Source of the DNA: Octopus sinensis
Taxonomy: Eukaryota
Assembly (NCBI RefSeq): GCF_006345805.1
Contig: NC_043000.1
Coordinates: 150,970,001-151,034,000, forward strand
DNA length: 64,000 nucleotides
Direction: 5' to 3'
This document shows, piece by piece, positions 51,225 to 63,284 of this stretch. Position 1 is the stretch's first letter. Each line of letters starts with the position of its first letter. The notes below the pieces were generated by a model, which did no database searches, was not told where the DNA came from, and saw only the letters and a list, made by a program, of their open reading frames with translations. The position numbers were made by a program, and so were the translations under genes.

Positions 51225-52154
51225 CCCTTCGTGGGCCGGCGGGGTTAGAATTACATAAAGGGCTATTGGGGGCCCCCTTGTATTTTCGCGCATTTCGGCA
51301 CTATCCATAAAGTAATATTTGTTTAATCTTATTTATATGTGTGAGTGCATGATACAGAACAAGAAATTTAGCACTCTTGTAAAAATAGTTTTATAAACTA
51401 TACATATAGTATTAAATATAAAATAAACAAAAAGAATACAAGAAAAAAGTATATCGATTCATACCAGTACAAATACGAAGAAAATTGACTTACAGTTCAT
51501 CAGAATATTTGAAAAAAGAACAGAAAAAAAAAATTTCACAGAAGGCCAATGGGTCCAGTTGGACCTCAAATGACCATATTCTATGCTATAATATCCATAT
51601 GACTGGAAATTTTAATCTCAAAATTTGTATGTACATACATAAACTATTGACAATAAAAGCCATGTGATATTTATTTATTTTGATTTTATTTTTATCTAGT
51701 TTCAGCTCACAAGTTGTGGCCATGCTGGGGCACTGCCATTTGGTGTTGCTACATGATTTTACTTCACGAATGCTTTTTAGCAAATGCCATTTGGTGCATG
51801 AGAGAGTTCGATGCAGCTGCCCTCATCTGCACCTCCTGCCGTGAAGTTGGTTCATCTGGGACACCTGACAAGAAGAGATCCAGTTTTATTTTAAAGACAT
51901 CTTCATCCACCTGCAGGTCTCTTAGGTTCTTCGGGAGGATATTGAAGAGCTGTGGGCCTCGGAAGCCCAGGCTATCACAGTATCTCGTCCTACATCTTGA
52001 TGGCAAATTTGGAGTCCTTGGCACGATGCAGTGGCGCCCAGTTCTGGCATTTGTGTAACTCTCGATATAAAAGCATTTAAATAAAAAAATGTAAAAGTTG
52101 CTTAACTTTTAAAATTAGCTCGGGCCCCAAGGAATCCTGCCGACCCACGAAGGG
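51225..52154. mobile_element. Non-autonomous piggyBac-type element
   Basis: TTAA|CCCTTCGTGGGCCGGCGGG ... CCTGCCGACCCACGAAGGG|TTAA. Confidence 0.85.
51680..52057 (-). mobile_element. CR1/L2-type LINE 3' end nested in the piggyBac element
   Basis: SLGFRGPQLFNILPKNLR...FKIKLDLFLSGVPDEP...AAASNSLMHQ*; 3' UTR GGCAGTGCCCCAGCATGGCCACAAC...CTGAAACTAGATAAAAATAAAA. Confidence 0.82.
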
Positions 52155-52474
52155 TTAAAGGAGCGAAACTAGTTAGCTCGAGTCAATATAGTGCTTTGTG
52201 TTTTTGTCAAGAGAGATAACAAGATGAAGTGTGAGAAAGCGAAGTCATTTTTCAAATAGTTCCAAAATTTACCATAAGAATATAATATACACTTAAATAA
52301 TTATTTTATTTTTCGTTTATAATCTGTGTTTAATACATCTTCAAGCATAATTTATAGTCAAACATTTATTGTGGTTTCAAATTCATTTTATTGCCATAAG
52401 CTGATTAAACATTTTTTCGTATTAAAAAGCTCATAATTCTCACCCACAAATATACACTTTTCACGAGAGAGTTA

Positions 52475-52585
<111 letters not shown>

Positions 52586-53187
52586 GGAGTATTTCATTAA
52601 CAAAATATCAAAAGCTTGTTATTCAGCTTAACAGCTCTGCGAAAACCGTCACGCCGAGGACAAAATGAAAGAAGTTTCAAGTAGCTTTGTCTGGGATATG
52701 TGAAAAGTAGATCGAAGTAATATTTAATCACGAAATTAAAAACTTGTTTGACGATTACCATCTCACTTGAAAGCTGTATTGATAAAGTGCGTTTCTGTAT
52801 TGATCAAATGATTGGGTCACTGTTGTAATATTTATTATTATAGATTTTGAACAAAAGTTATCAAAGAATTGCTACTGAAATAATGTATGATATAGCGAAC
52901 CATCAGACAATGCGTAATAAATTATGACAGGACTTTGTCCAGAATTGTTTCTGTCCATATTAATAACTCGCTATATCCCTTGTGACACAAGCAACAGTTT
53001 CTTTTCTAGAAACGAATGAATTCACTTCTCGTTGCACACGAAATTATCTTATTTTCACAAATTTTATCAGCTGTTATTTTTGCTGAAGCAGATTATTACT
53101 TGTTTACTCGGACTTTAGTTTTTGGTTCCGAGAAGGACTTAATCTGTTCATGATTGGCGCACAGATGAATATAGTTATATAGCCAGA

Positions 53188-53221
<34 letters not shown>

Positions 53222-53980
53222 TGTTATCTGTCTGTTGGCTCTCCTCCTGCAACTCAACTTGATTTCGAGCCGGGTCGTCTGCTGCTGGAGAGGACCGATC
53301 AGGTAAAGGACCTGGGTATCTTGGTGGATTCCTCCTTTTCGCCTTCGGCCCAGTGCGTCCATGCTGCCAACAAAGCACGCGGATTCTGTTCTTGATTCGA
53401 CGGTCATTCGGAATGCTCACAGCAGCCATATTCCTACCACTCTATGTCACGCTGGTGAGACCCATATTGGAGTACGGGATTCAAGCCTCTTCTCCTTATC
53501 TCCTCAAAGACATACAGCATCTCGAAAGAGTCCAGAAGCTGGCTACCCGCATGGTTCATGGTCAAAAAAATTTGTCCTATGACGAAAGGCTGAGGACGCT
53601 CGACCTTTATTCTCTTGAAAAACGCCGCCGCCGTGATGATCTCATTCTCGCCCACAACATCATAAGCGGAAAGTGTAACCTCTCGAAGAGCTGTTCTTCA
53701 CTCCTGCTCCAGAGCGTCGGCTGCGGGGTCATTCCGAAAAGCTCTACCTGGCGACGATTTCATCTCATTGAGAGGAGCTTTCTCCGTCCGGGTTGCGGAT
53801 CCGTGGAACAAGCTGCCAGACGAGATGGTGAAGATGCCGACGACCGCTTTGTTCAAAGCCTCCCTTGACCTCAAGTGGCCTGAACTCTTTACATGAACAC
53901 CACCCTGTACTTAACTCCATGTCCCCCTAATGGCCTTGCTATTTGCTTTTGAGCCAAATTAACTAACTAACTAACTAACT
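53222..53980 (+). mobile_element. CR1-type LINE 3' fragment with (AACT)n tail
   Basis: VKDLGILVD, LYVTLVRPILEYGIQASSPYLLKDIQHLERVQKLATRMV...YDERLRTLDLYSLEKRRRRDDLI, WNKLP; terminal (AACT)n. Confidence 0.88.
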
Positions 53981-54083
53981 ATATAGTTAATCCAAACAAG
54001 AAAGCACAAAAAAACACAACAAAGCGAGGACGTGGAACAAATATAGTATTATTGGACGCTCAGGAAAGAAGGAAAGAAGGAGG

Positions 54084-54118
54084 GTTTAACGTTTCCAGCG
54101 GGGCTCTTCGTCGGAAAC
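54084..54118 (-). ncRNA. Minimal hammerhead-like motif, CCGACGA core variant, in a TA-bounded insert (~53990-54210)
   Basis: Minus strand: GTTT-CCGACGA-aGAGC ccc GCTG-GAAA-CG-TT-AAAC; stem II has one mismatch. Confidence 0.5.
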
Positions 54119-54203
54119 ATAGGAGAAGGAAAGATCCAGAGAAGGGAAGATAGAGGAAAAAAAATCGCCAACGGTACACACGAGGTCACATTTTGAAAGG
54201 ATA

Positions 54204-54245
<42 letters not shown>

Positions 54246-54248
54246 TTT

Positions 54249-54465
54249 ATTTAAAGCAGCAGAAAATTCAACAAAATCTGTTACTCTGAGTTTCTCGTTG
54301 CCGTTCATCAGACAGTTTTTGCTAGATTCTAGATTCTAGCAAAAACTGTCTGATAACGGCAACGAGAACTCAGAGTAACAGATTTGTTGAATTTTCTGCT
54401 GCTTTAAATATTTGAGTACTCTTTTTTCCACCTTGTTTCACATTTATGTGTTTACTCCGGTATAT
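54249..54465 (+). mobile_element. (TA)n-flanked fold-back element with hammerhead
   Basis: 54249-54328 is inverted at 54333-54409; the unique tail 54410-54465 ends at (TA)n. Confidence 0.85.
54278..54315 (-). ncRNA. Minimal type I hammerhead ribozyme
   Basis: Minus strand: CTGT-CTGATGA-aCG gcaa CGa-GAAA-CTCAGAG-TA-ACAG; short stem II; the mirror copy in the right arm has core deletions. Confidence 0.7.
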
Positions 54466-54650
54466 ATATATTATATATATATATCGTTAAAGGCGCGAAA
54501 TTGCGTTTGACACCCTGGCCGGTAACTGATGAGGTGTCCTATGTCTATTTTCCGTGTCTGTGCATTCACTATATGTTTTCAACTGTTTTTCAACTTACCA
54601 ATCTATGTCTGTTTTCCGTTCGTTTGTGCATTTACTATACGTTTTTTAAC

Positions 54651-54713
<63 letters not shown>

Positions 54714-54719
54714 CCTATC

Positions 54720-55076
54720 TATAACATATAGCAATATTGACCAAGGTTACCGTGGTCATTTTCGTAGGCTTTTCTTCCCACGGATAAACCTTACTTGCTT
54801 TCCCCTTTACAGCATACATCATGACACTGTGATACACGATCCCTATTGATCGTTTTTTTCCTCTTCTCTTTTTTTCCTCTTTTTTCTTCTTTTTTCATTT
54901 TTCTTTTCTTTTGTTCCTTTTCCCTTTTTTCTTTTTTTTTCTTTTCCTTTTTTTTCTTTTTTTTGTTCTTTTTTTCCTTTTACGATCCCTTTTGATCGAA
55001 AACCTACGCCACCTTTTTTTTCTCCCCCAAAACTTGTCCCATCTGTGTGCAGCCCTGTGTGGCCAATAAAGAAACT
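54720..55076 (+). repeat. Unassigned T-rich retroelement-like 3' end in (ATCT)n
   Basis: Matches 26760-27045; ends GGCCAATAAAGAAACT before (ATCT)n. Confidence 0.65.
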
Positions 55077-55078
55077 TT

Positions 55079-55135
<57 letters not shown>

Positions 55136-55142
55136 TATCTAT

Positions 55143-55173
<31 letters not shown>

Positions 55174-55689
55174 TTATCTTCTGATAGTATTGTCCTGTCA
55201 GTCACGCTGTACGCTGTGGGGAAAGAATAGTAAAACAATAGGCGAAGTGGCAGTGGGTGGCAGTCACAGATGCTAAAGCAGACAGACGACATTTACGGGC
55301 CCTGCTCCAAAGAAGATGGGGAAAGAAGAATGAAACGAGAAAGGGAGTGGCTGTGAGTGACAGTCAGAGGCGAACGAACTGTAGTGAGCTCTGAAGTCAA
55401 CAGTATTTAAGTTTCCGTAAATTAAATTTATCAATTTCACACACACCACACACACACACACACACACCACACACACACACACACACACGCACACACACAC
55501 ACACGCACACACACACACACACACACACACGCGCGCGCGCACACACACACACAACACACATACAAATAGGCTTATATGTTACATACAATAAAATGATTTT
55601 TATCTATCTAAAAAAATATAGACAAATACGCGTACACACACACATTCATGCACTCACACATGTCTACGTATGGCCATGCATAGATACTC

Positions 55690-56155
55690 TTTTACTTGCT
55701 TCAGTCATTTGACTGCGGCCATGCTGGAGCACCGCCTTTTAATCGAGCAATTCGACCCTGGGACTTATTCTTTTGTAAGCCCAGTACTTATTCTATCGGT
55801 CTCTTTTTGCCGAACCGCTAAGTAACGGGGACATAAACACACCAGCATCGGTTGTCAAGCAATGCTAGGGGGACAACACAGACACACAAACATACACGCA
55901 CACACAATATATATATTATATATAATATATATATATATATAATATTATATATATATATATATAATATATATATATATATTATATATACATATATACGACA
56001 GGCTTCTTTCAGTTTCCGTCTACCAAATCCACTCACAAGGCTTTGGTCGGCCCGGGGCTATAGCAGAAGACACTCGCCCAAGATGCCACGCAGTGGGACT
56101 GAACCCGGAACCATGTGGCTGGTAAGCAAGCTACTTACCACACAGCTACTCCTGT
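55690..56155 (-). mobile_element. SINE family B copy
   Basis: Reverse complement of 4216-4630 with an expanded TA linker; a family C head fragment follows at 56155-56250. Confidence 0.88.
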
Positions 56156-56928
56156 ATGCTCAAGAACACAACGCTTCACCCGGTCCAGGAATAGAAACCA
56201 CAGTCTTACGATCACGAATCCAGCACCCTAACCACTAAGCCACCCGCTTCCAAACAAAGATGAATTCACTAAACGAAATTCTCTGATAGTAAACAAATTA
56301 ACTGAAGACACAGACGTAAATTTTCACTTTTCCGATTTTTCACTCCGTCTCCTGTTAACTTAAGGAAATCTTTAGAAGAAACAAAAATTTTGTAACATTT
56401 TAATGCATGGGTTTTCACTAAGAAACATTAATTAAAATTTAACAACGCATTAACTAATTACATGGGTATGTTGCTTTAACTACTAAAATACCACTGAGAA
56501 TAGTGTTTTAAACTTAATGCAACTCCATGTCTTACTTTTTAATTAGAAGTTTGTTTCTGCTGTGCTTTCAAAATGTCAGATAATACACGGAACTGATGAT
56601 GCGGTATTCCTAAGATGGTTCATGAAATTATTATCTTTAAATCTTCACACTAGTCGTTTTGGTATAATTTAATGTAAGGAATGTTATGCTGAGCTTCGAG
56701 CAGTTGAGTTTCGAACAATACTGTAATGAGTCAAAGCTGCCCATATCACCGTTCGCTTAGCCAAGGAACCTCACAATGGTAGTAAAAAAATATATTATTC
56801 CACTTCGAGGTCCTTCAGAATTTCTTTAAATTCTCTATTGTTCAATTTCCAATTTTTATGAATGCATTTTATCACCATCTCCTCATGGTGTTCATTCTAA
56901 TTGAGATAATGTGCGATATATATATATA

Positions 56929-57326
56929 CTAGTAGTATCGCCCGGCGTTGCTCGGGTTTGTAAGGGAAATAACTATATAAGCATTTTTAGAGAGTTATAG
57001 CCAAAAAATAGCAAACAAATGCATTAAAAATGGAAAAAAAAATGATGGTAAATTTTTTTTTAAATCGTTGACTCATCGTAGACATTTTTAGAGAGTTACT
57101 TCCCTTATATAATAGCGAAAAAAATGCGTTAAAATGGAAAAAAATGATGGTAATTTTTTTTAATCGTAGACTCATCGTAGACGCGCGCTAATACCCAGAA
57201 GGGCATGAATGAATCACGACTACTATAGATACCCGGTTTTGGTTAAACTGCACCGCAAAATGTGGGAGTAGTTAGGAATCTAAATCGTAGGAGACAGACA
57301 CACAACTTCTCTTTTATATATAAAGA
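56929..57326 (-). mobile_element. Non-autonomous Helitron
   Basis: Minus strand: 5' A|TCTTTATATATAAAAG ... hairpin CCCGAGCAACGCCGGG ... CTAG|T 3'; internal ~100-bp tandem duplication. Confidence 0.8.
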
Positions 57327-57711
57327 TATATGAAGCTGAAGTTGTCTGTGTATGGCAGGTTTGGTAGCCTTCAACTAACACTATCTCCTCCGAGACCCTG
57401 CGGCGCAAGTTGACCAAAATTGAGAGTATGATAGAAGAAGGCTTGCTCTTCCTTCCGTAGAAGAAAACATTCAAATCGGACCATATTAACACCAAAGATT
57501 ATTTTCATCAAAAAGGTGCTTTTTTTTCTATGAAAATCCCTATTTTTTACGATCTTTTGACTGCTGTGTCGCCATTTTCCGGTGTATTTCAACCAGAAAA
57601 ATGTTCACTTAAAGAGAATAACAAGCTACATAATGAAAAATATTTACTTTTCAAAAATTCCAATTCTAGAGGGTCAAAACAAACCTGAGCAACGCCGGGG
57701 GATACTGCTAG
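57327..57711 (+). mobile_element. Non-autonomous Helitron (head-to-head with the previous one)
   Basis: Starts TATATGAAGCTGAAGTTGTCTGTG; ends CCTGAGCAACGCCGGGGGATACTGCTAG|T. Confidence 0.78.
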
Positions 57712-58150
57712 TATGCTAGTATTATTGATAAATAGAACGTCGACACAAAATTGTTCCAAGTCCTTTTTTGATTGAAGCAACATGTCCTCCTTTTTTTTGA
57801 GATCCTGTCATAATTGGCACACGGTCCGAAACGAGGAAGCTAGGTTTTTAAGTGAGTAAATCAAAATCACTTATTGGTTTGACAATATAATCCCCGTTCC
57901 CACTAAGATTTTCATATTTGGTAGGGCCAGGCATCAATTTTAAAGTTAGCAAATTAGTAAATTCTCTGTTTGAGTGTGGAGAAAGTTTCGCCCACACGTG
58001 ATGACAGTTTCATTCCTGTTGTAAATAATGTGAATAATTTAATGATATGTTTATCGATATTTACACAGCCTCCAGTTTCATAACGGTAAAGCATAAAAGC
58101 AGAAATAATGAAACAAAAGTTATACATATATATATATATATATATATATG

Positions 58151-58525
58151 AATATGAGAGAGCGACCACTATGTGGTCTACTCTAGTGCTAAAAATAGAT
58201 CCACTATGGTATAGCCACTAAAAAATTGTTTCCAAGGAGAAATAACATAACATTTAACGTGGGGCAAGTGAAAAATAACGAAAAAATGGTTTTTCGTTAT
58301 TTTTCACTTGCCCCACGTTAAATGTTATGTTATTTCTCCTTGGAAACAATTTTTTAGTGGCTATACCATAGTGGATCTATTTTTAGCACTAGAGTAGACC
58401 ACATAGTGGTCGCTCTCTCATATTTATGTATAAATTTGTATTGTATCCCTGTTTTTATGTGCTAAGCCACTTTGTGTTAAATTGATGGTATTATTAAATT
58501 AATATCAAATTTTTCACCCTCATTT
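58151..58525. mobile_element. (TA)n-flanked fold-back element, ~135-bp arms
   Basis: 58151-58285 is an essentially perfect reverse complement of 58290-58424 (4-nt loop); a unique 100-bp tail runs to (TA)n. Confidence 0.85.
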
Positions 58526-58539
58526 ATATATATATATAT

Positions 58540-58766
58540 ATACTCTTTTACTCTTTTACTTGTTTCAGTCATTTGACTGTGGACATGCTGGAGCACCGCC
58601 TTTAGTCGAGCAAATCGACCCCAGGACTTATTCTTTGTAAGCCTAGTACTTATTCTATCGGTTTCTTTTACCGAACCGCTAAGTGACGGGGACGTAAACA
58701 CGCTAGCATCGGTTGTCAAGTGATGTTGGTGGTGGGGGGAACAAACACAGACACACAAACATATAA

Positions 58767-58851
<85 letters not shown>

Positions 58852-59015
58852 CATAATACGACGGGCTTCTTTCAGTTTCCATCTACCAAATCCACTCCCA
58901 AGGCTTTAGTCAGCCGAAGGCTATAGTAAAAGACACTTGCCCAAGGTGTCATGCAGTGGGACTGAACCCGGAACCATGTGGTTCGTTAGCAAGCTACATA
59001 CCACACAGCCACATG
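58540..59015 (-). mobile_element. SINE family B copy
   Basis: Reverse complement of 4216-4630. Confidence 0.85.
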
Positions 59016-59184
59016 TGTATACAATTATATGCTTTAACTACAACGTTAGAGCTTTTTAGCTCTTATTTCTAGCAATGTAGGTGTTCTAACATTCTAGTCA
59101 TATTTAGCGACAATTATAGTTTTCCCTTTTGGTAAACATTGCACACGGCTGTCTATATTAATTATTTATATATATAACTTAGAT

Positions 59185-59490
59185 TGGTTTCGGCCATTAT
59201 CGGCCCAGGCCATAATTTACTCAGTAGCAACACCTGGAAAAGTCTTTTAGTTATTTATTTCAGGACACCATGAACCACCCAAGCAGAGAGTTGTTGTTGG
59301 TCTTTTTCTACTTTAATTTCTTTTGGGAATAACATTGAAAAGAGCATGACCATTTGCAGTGAAGAAATTGTGTCTCAATGTTCTTATGTGATGTGAGGAC
59401 GCATTGCACAGCGGCCTAGTCTTGGGTGAATTGTAAACATAATACCGATATCATTTGGATAATATTGGTGGAATATTTTCTACATGGTGC
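59185..59490 (-). mobile_element. CR1/L2-type LINE 3' end (family of 25330-26280)
   Basis: HHIRTLRHNFFTANGHALFNVIPKEIK; terminus GGCCTGGGCCGATAATGGCCGAAACC; a shorter copy is at 62180-62240. Confidence 0.72.
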
Positions 59491-59492
59491 AA

Positions 59493-59523
<31 letters not shown>

Positions 59524-59524
59524 G

Positions 59525-59705
59525 TAGGTCCCGGGTTGAGTCGGGGTTAACCACAGTAAATAAGGTACTCAATACATAGCAGAGTAAATTAATTTATTAT
59601 ATAGAAGGAGCTTCTACAGGACTAGAACTGTTTCATTCAAAAGAAATCAGATTTCTTTTGAATGAAACAGTTCTAGTCCTGTAGAAGCTCCTTCTATATA
59701 ATAAT
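59525..59705. mobile_element. (TA)n-flanked fold-back element, 54-bp arms with 1-nt loop
   Basis: 59595-59648 is inverted at 59650-59703; the unique 70-bp segment on the left ends at (TA)n. Confidence 0.82.
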
Positions 59706-59720
59706 ATATATATAATATAT

Positions 59721-59771
<51 letters not shown>

Positions 59772-59989
59772 TATATATAATATATATATATCTTAATGTA
59801 GGATAATTTTTTTTTTTTGTTATATCTAAATGTAGGATAACTTTAGAAATTTAGAAATTTAGAAATTTCTGTCAACAACTTTTTTCGAGTAGCGTGCGTA
59901 TTGTGAAAAAATTATATGGTTATGGACAATATGTCCAATTTTTCGGCATATTTGGCATTAGAAATTTTTTCGTTTGCCCTTATTTATGA

Positions 59990-60028
<39 letters not shown>

Positions 60029-60408
60029 ACATATATATATATATATATATACTATGTGCGCGTGTGTGTTGTGTGTGCATGTATGCGTGTGTGCATGCGT
60101 ATGTATGCGTTGAGTCAGGTTTTGTTTTGCTGGTGTCCCTCATTACGTCACATTATAAGAATGTGGAAGTAGAATAAAAGCGGAAATGCTGACGGCGGTA
60201 AAAGTGTTATATGGTGCAGTAAAGAGAATATGATTAGGCAGGTGACTAAGCAGGTAGTAGATTAAATGAGTATAAATGTATGCATGTGTGTGTGTGTGTG
60301 TGGTTTGTGACAGAGAAAGAGAGAGAGAGAGAGAATGATGTGCTTATGTGGGAACTATATACATATATGTTTGCATATGTGCGTGTATGTGTGTGTGTAC
60401 GTGCATGC

Positions 60409-60448
<40 letters not shown>

Positions 60449-60917
60449 TCAATATAGGGTGGCAAAAAAAAATTTTGTAGAATTTTTCTGCCACCAGCGG
60501 CCTAGTGGGAAAAAATTAAATAGTCAAAGACCATTTTTAAGTTCAACATCAACAATCAAGGAACGGCCATAATAGGCCATTCACCCACTAGAAATAACAG
60601 CCAAAGCTTCACCGCAAATAAAAATTAATTCCGTAAACCAGGAGAAAATTTAAAAAACATTTACCCTGTAATTCTTATACGATTGCACCGTTTCATCTGC
60701 TGTTTAATAATATATATATATATATTATATATATATATATATATAATAGGATAAAAGCAACAAGAATGGATCAATATATCGGTACAATTGTTTCGTACGA
60801 GGACATCTTTAATAAAGCTACAAAAATTGCAGTAAATATAGTTTCCGGTGCATCCTAGTTAAGGACCATATTCATGTGAATTCATTAGAACTCACTTGAA
60901 TCTCAATTACTTAAACC

Positions 60918-60958
<41 letters not shown>

Positions 60959-61082
60959 GTGTACATTCATACACAAAAGAAGTGACCCTAACAGGACAAC
61001 TTACATGCTAAAAGAAACAGTCCAAACAACGGTTAAGAGCACTTTCGAAGGGGATGAAAAATTAAAACATTTTCAGTAGTTA

Positions 61083-61158
61083 CCACTTATACCTAGGTTT
61101 CGAACATTAATCAACAAATAAAATAATAATTTGTTATGCGTGTTCTCATCAGCAATGG
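61083..61158 (-). ncRNA. Type I hammerhead ribozyme with long stem II, in a (TA)n-anchored insert (~60952-61260)
   Basis: Minus strand: CCATTG-CTGATGA-GAAC...ACAAAT...ATTTGT...GTTC-GAAA-CCTAGG-TA-TAAGTGG; palindromic stem III; stem I has one bulge. Confidence 0.75.
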
Positions 61159-61333
61159 CGCTAAAAATTAATATATAATCATGGGACAAATAACATGTCT
61201 CATCCTTATACATTATAATTTTTCAAATCCACTGCGCAAGCGCAGTTATAGTCGGCAGCAAAAAAAAAAAAATGTCGACTTACTTCAAAATTACTAAAAT
61301 CATACTAAGAAAATATGCAGGGTAGGAAAATTA

Positions 61334-61730
61334 GAGAAACAAGAGCATAAGTCCTTAAGTGCAATCCTGCGTAGATCCATGAGCGTAAAGGACTTACGCC
61401 CATGGATCTACGCCGGATTGCACCCAAGGACTTATGCTCTTTGTTTCTATAACTTCGAATAGTTGAACTATGAACTTTTATGCTTCTTTTTTCTTCTTTC
61501 TTTCCATCTCCTTAATCTTTTATTCCGTTCCTCAATGTCGTCATCTCATTAATATATACCATTCTCATTTTCTCTATTTTTCCCTATTTGTCTCTGATGA
61601 TGGAATATCCCATACTTGGGATATCCCAGAAACAGCTGTAAGACTTTGAATTTTTTCCCAATAATAATATTGTACACGACTTGAGATGTTTGCCTTGCCT
61701 TAATGTTTGTTGTCCTCTTTATCAATTTTA
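61334..61730 (+). mobile_element. Fold-back (55-bp arms) followed by a hammerhead-bearing segment
   Basis: 61334-61388 is inverted (imperfectly) at 61394-61449; hammerhead at 61590-61644; the 3' side is cut by SINE B. Confidence 0.7.
61590..61644 (+). ncRNA. Type I hammerhead ribozyme (intact)
   Basis: GTCT-CTGATGA-TGGaATATCCCA tact TGGGATATcCCA-GAAA-CAGCTG-TA-AGAC. Confidence 0.88.
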
Positions 61731-61732
61731 TT

Positions 61733-62157
61733 CTTTTACTCTTTTACTCTTTTATTTGTTTTAGTGATTTGACTGCGACCATGCTGGAGCAACGCCTTTA
61801 AGTCAAGCAAATCGACCCCGGGACTTATTCTTAGTAAGCCCAGTACTTATTCTATCGTTCTCTTTTGTCGAACCGCTAAGTGACGGGGACGTAAACACAC
61901 CAGCATCGGTTGTCTAGCAATGCTAGGGAGACAAACACAGACACACGAACATATATACACACACACATATATAAATATATATACATATATGCGACGGGCT
62001 TCTTTGAGTTTCCATCCACCAAATCCACTCACAAGGCTTTGGTAGGCCCGAGTCTATAGTAGACGACACTTGCCCAAGGTGCCACGCAGTGGGACTGAAC
62101 CCGGAACTATGTGGTTGGTAAGCAAGCTACTTACCACACAGCCACTCCTGCGCCTAT
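61733..62157 (-). mobile_element. SINE family B copy
   Basis: Reverse complement of 4216-4630. Confidence 0.88.
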
Positions 62158-62504
62158 ATATAGAACTTTGATAACTTTGATAGGTTTCGGCCCGTATAGT
62201 CCCAGGCCATATCTAACTCAATAGCACCAGCACAGATAAAATTGCGTGTAATGACGTAATGTTATAGACATATACAATAAGTGCTCAAGTTGGTTTAACT
62301 CCAATTTGAACTGCGACTAAACAAAAGTATGGTTGTAGCAGCCTACCAATGAATGGCTATAAGTAATTCATCATTGAGCGGGTAGATACACATTAGAAAG
62401 AAAGAATGAATGAACAGGCAAAACATGTGGTATCACAACATGGAATTTTTGATTCAAATAAAATTGTAGAGTTGTTACAATGGAGTATTTAAAGTAAAAA
62501 GTTA

Positions 62505-62970
62505 TCTATAATAATAAAAGCGAAATTCTGTCTGTCCGTCTGGGACCCCTGTATCTACATTTGTTCTACATAAACATATTATACCATTTTGGAAACCGGA
62601 ATGATCCTGGGATTGAAAATGTGCCCTTCATCTGATTCTTGAACATCCAGCATTGGGATCTGATTTAAAAGCATTTGGCCTGCTATTTCTAGCAGGTAAA
62701 GCTGGACTGATTAACGCCATCTTGGTGGCGTTTGATTTTACGTTGTGGCAAATTGGCCAACAGTTGGAATTCAACTTGGGACGGGAACAATAAAATGACT
62801 GCATTACAGAATAAATTCTCATCCAATCTTAACCCTTGATCAAACGCCACCGGGGCATATAGTCATTACATAGTCATGCTATTTATCTCTCTTTAGTTTT
62901 GGGCCGCAGGTCAATTAGCCCTCTGCAGCGGCCAGCTTAAAATCCCCACGGATTGCGGCTTTTAAGCTAG
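62505..62970 (+). mobile_element. Non-autonomous Helitron
   Basis: A|TCTATAATAATAAAAGCGAAATTCTGTCTGTCC ... imperfect hairpin CCACGGATTGCGG ... AAGCTAG|T. Confidence 0.7.
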
Positions 62971-63284
62971 TCATATATAAATAAGAGAGTAATAGGTTGT
63001 GCATAAACAAACTTGTTGCTCTCTTATGCATAGCTTACTACTTCCTTATTTATATATGATGTCTTTTACGCTGACAACTCTATTGTAATAACTCTACAAT
63101 TATGTTTGAGTTCATAATTTCATACGCTAAAGTGATACCACATATTTTTGCCTGTTCGTTCAGTCTTTCGAATATATATATATATATGTGTGTGTATGTA
63201 TGTATGTATGTATGTATGTATGTATGTATGTATGTATGTATGTATGTATGCATGTATGTATGTATGTGTGTCAGATCCCTTTTG

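Noticed and set aside
62826-62860. TTAACCCTTG as a piggyBac terminus
   Set aside because: No matching second TIR; it lies inside a Helitron-like element.
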